Shown here: one piece after another, positions 59,601 to 64,000 of the stretch
Layout: each line of letters starts with the position of its first letter
Position numbering within the stretch: position 1 is the first letter of the stretch
Assembly (NCBI RefSeq): GCF_009914755.1
Contig: NC_060943.1
Source of the DNA: the human T2T-CHM13v2.0 reference genome, Homo sapiens
DNA: 64,000 nucleotides
Direction: 5' to 3' (one strand)
Program-made: the position numbers and the translations under genes
Notes under the pieces: generated by a model
The model's database searches: none
Seen by the model: the letters and a program-made list of their open reading frames with translations, nothing else
Told to the model about the DNA's origin: nothing

Positions 59601-62600
59601 TTTCCTTTTTCACCATAGGCCTCAATGTGTTCCCAAATATCCCTTTGCAGGTTCTACAAAAACAGTGCTTCCAAACTGCTCAATCAGAAGAAAGGTTTAA
59701 CTCTGAGAGATGAATGCACACATCACAAAGCAGTTTCTCAGAAAGCTTCTTTCTAGTTTTTATGTGAAGATATTTCCTTTTTCAATGTAGGGCTCAATGC
59801 TTCCCATATATCCATGGACAGATTATATTAAAAGAGTGTTTCCAAACTTCTCAATCAAAGAAATCTTTAACTCTGTGAAATGAATGTACACATCACAAAG
59901 CAGTTTCTCAGAAATCTTCTTTCTACTTTTTATGTGAAGATGCTTCTTTTTTCACCATAGGTCTCAATGTGCTCCCAGAAATCCTTGGCAGATAGTACAA
60001 AAGCAGTGTTTCCAAGATGCTCAATCAATGGAAAGATTAAACTCCATGAGATGAATGGACACATCACAAAGCAGTCGATCAGAAAGCTACTTCTAATTTT
60101 TATCTGAGGATATTTCCTTTTTCACCTTAGGCCTCATTGCATTCTGAAGTATCCTTTCACAGATTCTACAAAAACAGTGTTCCAAGGTGCCCAGTAAAAA
60201 GGAAGCTTTATGTCTGTGAGACAAATGCATACATCACAAAGCAGTTTCTCAGAAAGTATCTTTCTGGTTTTTATGTGAAGATATTTCCTTTTTCACCATA
60301 GGTCTAAATATGCTTCCAAATATCCCTTCATAGATTCTACCAAAACAGTATTTTCAAACTGCTCAATCAAAAGAAAGGTTTAGCTCTGTGAGATGGATGC
60401 ACACATCAGAAAGCAGTGTTTCAGAAAGCTTCTTTCTAGATTTTATGTGAAGATATTTCTTTTTCAGCATAGGCCTCAATGTGGTATCATAAATCCCTTC
60501 ACAGACTTTATAAAAACAGTGTTTCCGAAGCACTCAATAAAAAGAAAATTTAACTCTGTGAGATGAATGCACACATCACAAAGCAGTTTCTCAGAAAGGT
60601 TCTTTCTAGTTTTCATCAGAAGATATTTTCTTTTTCACCATAAGCCTCATTGTGCTCCCAAATATCCCTTTTCAGATTCTAGAAAAATACAGTTTCCAAA
60701 CTCCTCAATCAGAAGAAAAGATTAACCCTGTGAGATGAATGCACACATCACAAAGCAGTTTCTCAGCAATCTTTCTAGTTTTTATGTGAAGATATTTCCT
60801 TTTTCACCATAGGCCTCATTCCATTCCAAATATCCCTTCACAGATTCTACAAAAATGGTGTTTACAAACTGCTCAATCAGAAGAAAAAGTTCAATTCTGT
60901 TAGATGAATGTACCCATCACTAAGCAGTTTCTCATGAAGCTTCTTTCTATATTTATCTGAAGATATTCCTTTTTCACAGTAGGCCTCTATGCTCCCAAAT
61001 ATCCCTTCATGGATCCTGCATAAACAGTCTTTCCAAACTGCTCAGTGAAAAGAAAGTATTTACTCAGTGGGATGAATGCACACATCACACATCAGTATCT
61101 CAAAAAGCTTTTTTCTGGTTTTTATCTGAAGATATTTCTTTTTCCACCATAGGCGTCAAGGCACTCCCAAATATCCCTGTGGAGATTCTAACAAAACAGT
61201 GTTTTCAAACTGCTCAATCAAAGGAAAAGTTTATCTCTGTGAGACGAATGCACACCTCACAAGGCTGTTTCTCAGAAAGCGTCTTTCTAGTGTTTATCTG
61301 AGCATATTTCCTTTTTCACCATAGGCCTCAATGTGCTCCCAAATATCCCTTCACAGATTCTACCAAATCAGTGTTTCCAAACTGGTCAAACAAAAGAAAA
61401 CTTTAAATGTGTGAGATGAATGCACACATCACAAAACAGTTTCTCAGAAAGCATCTTTCTGGTTTTTACCTGAGGATATTTCCTTTTTTGCCATAGGCCT
61501 CAATGTGATCCCAAATATCCTCTCACAGATTCGACAAAAAGTGTGCTTGCAAACTGCTCAATCAAAGGAATGCTTAACCTTTGTTAAACAAATTCAGACA
61601 TTACAAGCAGGTTTTGAGAAATATTCTTTGTAGTTTTTATGTGAAGATATTTCCCTTTTCACCATAGGCTTCAATGTGTTCCCTTATATCCCTTGAAACA
61701 TTCTACAAAAGCAGTGTTTCCAAACTGCTCAATCAAAAGACAGGTTTAACCCTGTGAGATGAATGCACACATCACAAAGCAGTTTCTCAGAAAACACCTT
61801 TCTGGTTTTTATCTGAGGATATTTCTTTTTCACCTTAGGCACCAGTGCACTCCCAAATATCCTTTCACAGATTTTACAAAAACTGTTTCCAAACTGCTAA
61901 ATCAAAAGGATACTTAAACTATGTGAGACAAATGCAGACAACCCATAGCAGTTTCTCAGAAAGCTTCTTTCTAGTTTTTATGTGAAGATATTTCCTTTTT
62001 CACCCAAGTCCTCAATGTGCTCCAAAATACCCTTCACAGGTTCTACCAAAATAGTGTTTCTAAGATGCTCAATCAAAAAAAGGTTTAACTCTGTGAGATG
62101 AATGTACACCTCACAGAGCAGTTAATCAGAAAGCTTCTTTCTAAGTTTTGTCTGAGGATATTTCCTTTTTCACCACAGGCCTGATTGCGTTCCTAAGTAT
62201 ACTTTTGCAGATTCTAGCAAAACAGCGTTTCCAAACTGTTCAATAAAAAGGAAGTTTTATCTCTGTGAGATGAATGCACACATCACAAAGCAGTGTCTCA
62301 GAAAGCTCCTTTCTAGTTTTTATCTGAAGATATTTCCTATTTCACCAGATTCCTCAATGTGCTCCCAAATGTCCCTTCACAGATTCTACAAAAACAGTGT
62401 TTCCACACTGCTCATTGAAAAGAAAGGTTTAACTCTGTGAGATCAATGCACACTTCACAAACAGATTCTTGGAAAGCTTCTTTCAAGTTTTCATTTGAAG
62501 ATATTTCCTTTTTCACCATAGGCCTCAATGTGTACCCAAATATCCCTTCACAGATTCTACAAAAAGAGTGTTTCCAAACTGCTCAAAGGAAATGTTTTAC

Positions 62601-64000
62601 CCTGTGAGATGAATGCACAGATCACAAAGCAGTTTCTCAGAAAGCTTCTTTCTAGTTTTTATCTAAAAATATTTCCTTCTCCACCATTGGCCTCAATGCG
62701 CTCCCTAATATCCCTTCACGGATTCTAGAAAAACAGAGTTTCCAAACTGCTTAATCAAAAGAAAGGATTAACTCTGCGAGATGAAAGCACACATCACAAA
62801 ACTGTTTCTCAGAAATCTTTCTATTTTTTATCTGAGGATATTTCCTTTTTCACCATAGGCTTCAATGCGCTCCCTTAGATCCCTTGATAGATACTACAAA
62901 AACAGTGTTTCCAAACTGCTCAATCAGAAGAAAGATTTAACTCTGTGAGGTGAATGCACACATCACAGAGCAGTTTCTCAGAAAGCATCTTTCTGGTGTT
63001 GATCTGACGATATTTCCTTTTTCACCACAGGCTTCAATGCACTCCCATATATCCATTGACAGATTCTGTAAAAACAGTGTTTCCAAACTTCTCAATCAAA
63101 AGAAATGTTTAACTCTGTGAGATGAATGCATTCATCACAAAGCAGTTTCTCAGAAAGCATCTTTCTGGTTTTTATCTGAGGTTATTTCTTTTTCACCTTA
63201 GGCCCCAATGTGCTCCCAAATATGCTTTTGCAGATTCTACAAAAACCGTTTTTCCAATCTGCTTAATCAAAAGAATTCATAAACACTGTGAGACAAATGC
63301 TGACATCACGAAGTGGTTTCTCAGAAAGCTTCATTCTAGTTTTTATGTGAAGATATTTCCTTTTTCGCCAAAGGCCTCAGTGTGCTCCAACATATCCCTT
63401 CACAGATTGTACAAAAACAGTGTTTCCAAGATGCTCAATTCAAAGAAAGTTTTACCTCTGTGAGATGAATGTACACATCACAAAGCAGTTAATCAGAAAT
63501 CTTCTTTCTAGTTTTTGTCTGAGGATATTTCCTATATCACCATAGGCCTCATTGCATTCCCCAGTATACTTTCACAGATCCTACAAAAACAGTGTTTCCA
63601 AACTGCTCAATCAAAAGAAAGCAATATCTCTGTTAGTCAAATGTACACATCACAAAGCAGTTTCTCAGAAAGTGTCTTTCTAGTTTTTATGGGAAGATAT
63701 TTACTTTTTCACCATAGGCCTCAATGCACTCCAAAATATCACTTCGCAGATTCTACAAAAACAGTGTTTCCAAACTGCTCAAGCAAAAGAAAATTTTAAC
63801 TCTGTGAGATGAATGCACTCATCACAAAGGAGATTCTCAGAAAGATTCTGGCTAGTTTTTTCTGAAGATATTTCCTTTTTCCCTAAAGGCCTCATAGCGC
63901 TCCCAAATATCCCTTCTCAGATTCTACAAAAACAGTTTTGCCAAACTGCTCAATCAAAGGAAATGTTTAATTCTCTTTTAAGAATGAATTCTTCACAAAG

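Larger units (their letters stand above)
48656..64000 (-). repeat. Divergent (monomeric-type) alpha satellite, ~171-172-bp monomers
   Basis: AACTCTGTGAGATGAATGCACACATCACAAAGCAGTTTCTCAGAAAGCTTCTTTCTAGTTTTTATCTGAAGATATTTCCTTTTTCACCATAGGCCTC is the reverse complement of the alphoid consensus; A-type box, no CENP-B box seen. Confidence 0.98.

Noticed and set aside
48656-64000. Active centromeric HOR with CENP-B boxes; short ORFs in alpha satellite
   Set aside because: Monomers are highly divergent, no TCCCG.TTCCAACGAA-type box was seen, and L1/LTR insertions are present; the ORFs are chance.

Overview
Primate (very likely human) pericentromeric transition region with no intact protein-coding gene. 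Left to right: (1) 1-25.3 kb is a repeat-rich, euchromatin-like block. It holds Alus, a processed HAVCR1 (TIM-1/KIM-1) pseudogene that splits a MER9 solo LTR, a 5.07-kb HERV-K14/HML-1 provirus whose middle is replaced by scrambled HERV-W sequence, MER1A, a 5'-inverted L1 and a GC/CpG-rich patch. (2) 25.3-27.8 kb is a 2.4-kb polypurine (GA) tract. (3) 27.9-44 kb is 68-bp beta-satellite with a higher-order cassette structure, THE1/Alu/MER11 insertions and a 2.3-kb paralog of window positions 1.5-4.2 kb. (4) 44-48.7 kb is two head-to-head L1s that share private variants and sit exactly at the beta/alpha boundary. (5) 48.7-64 kb is divergent alpha satellite with no CENP-B box seen and with relic 3-mer and 14/15-mer periodicities. 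The combination of an HAVCR1 retrocopy, complex beta-satellite and alpha satellite suggests chr19p12-p11 (HAVCR1P1); this is inference from memory, not a database result. Repeat subfamily names come from recalled consensus sequences and identities are by-eye estimates. I do not see a clearly new functional system; the best leads are structural and evolutionary.
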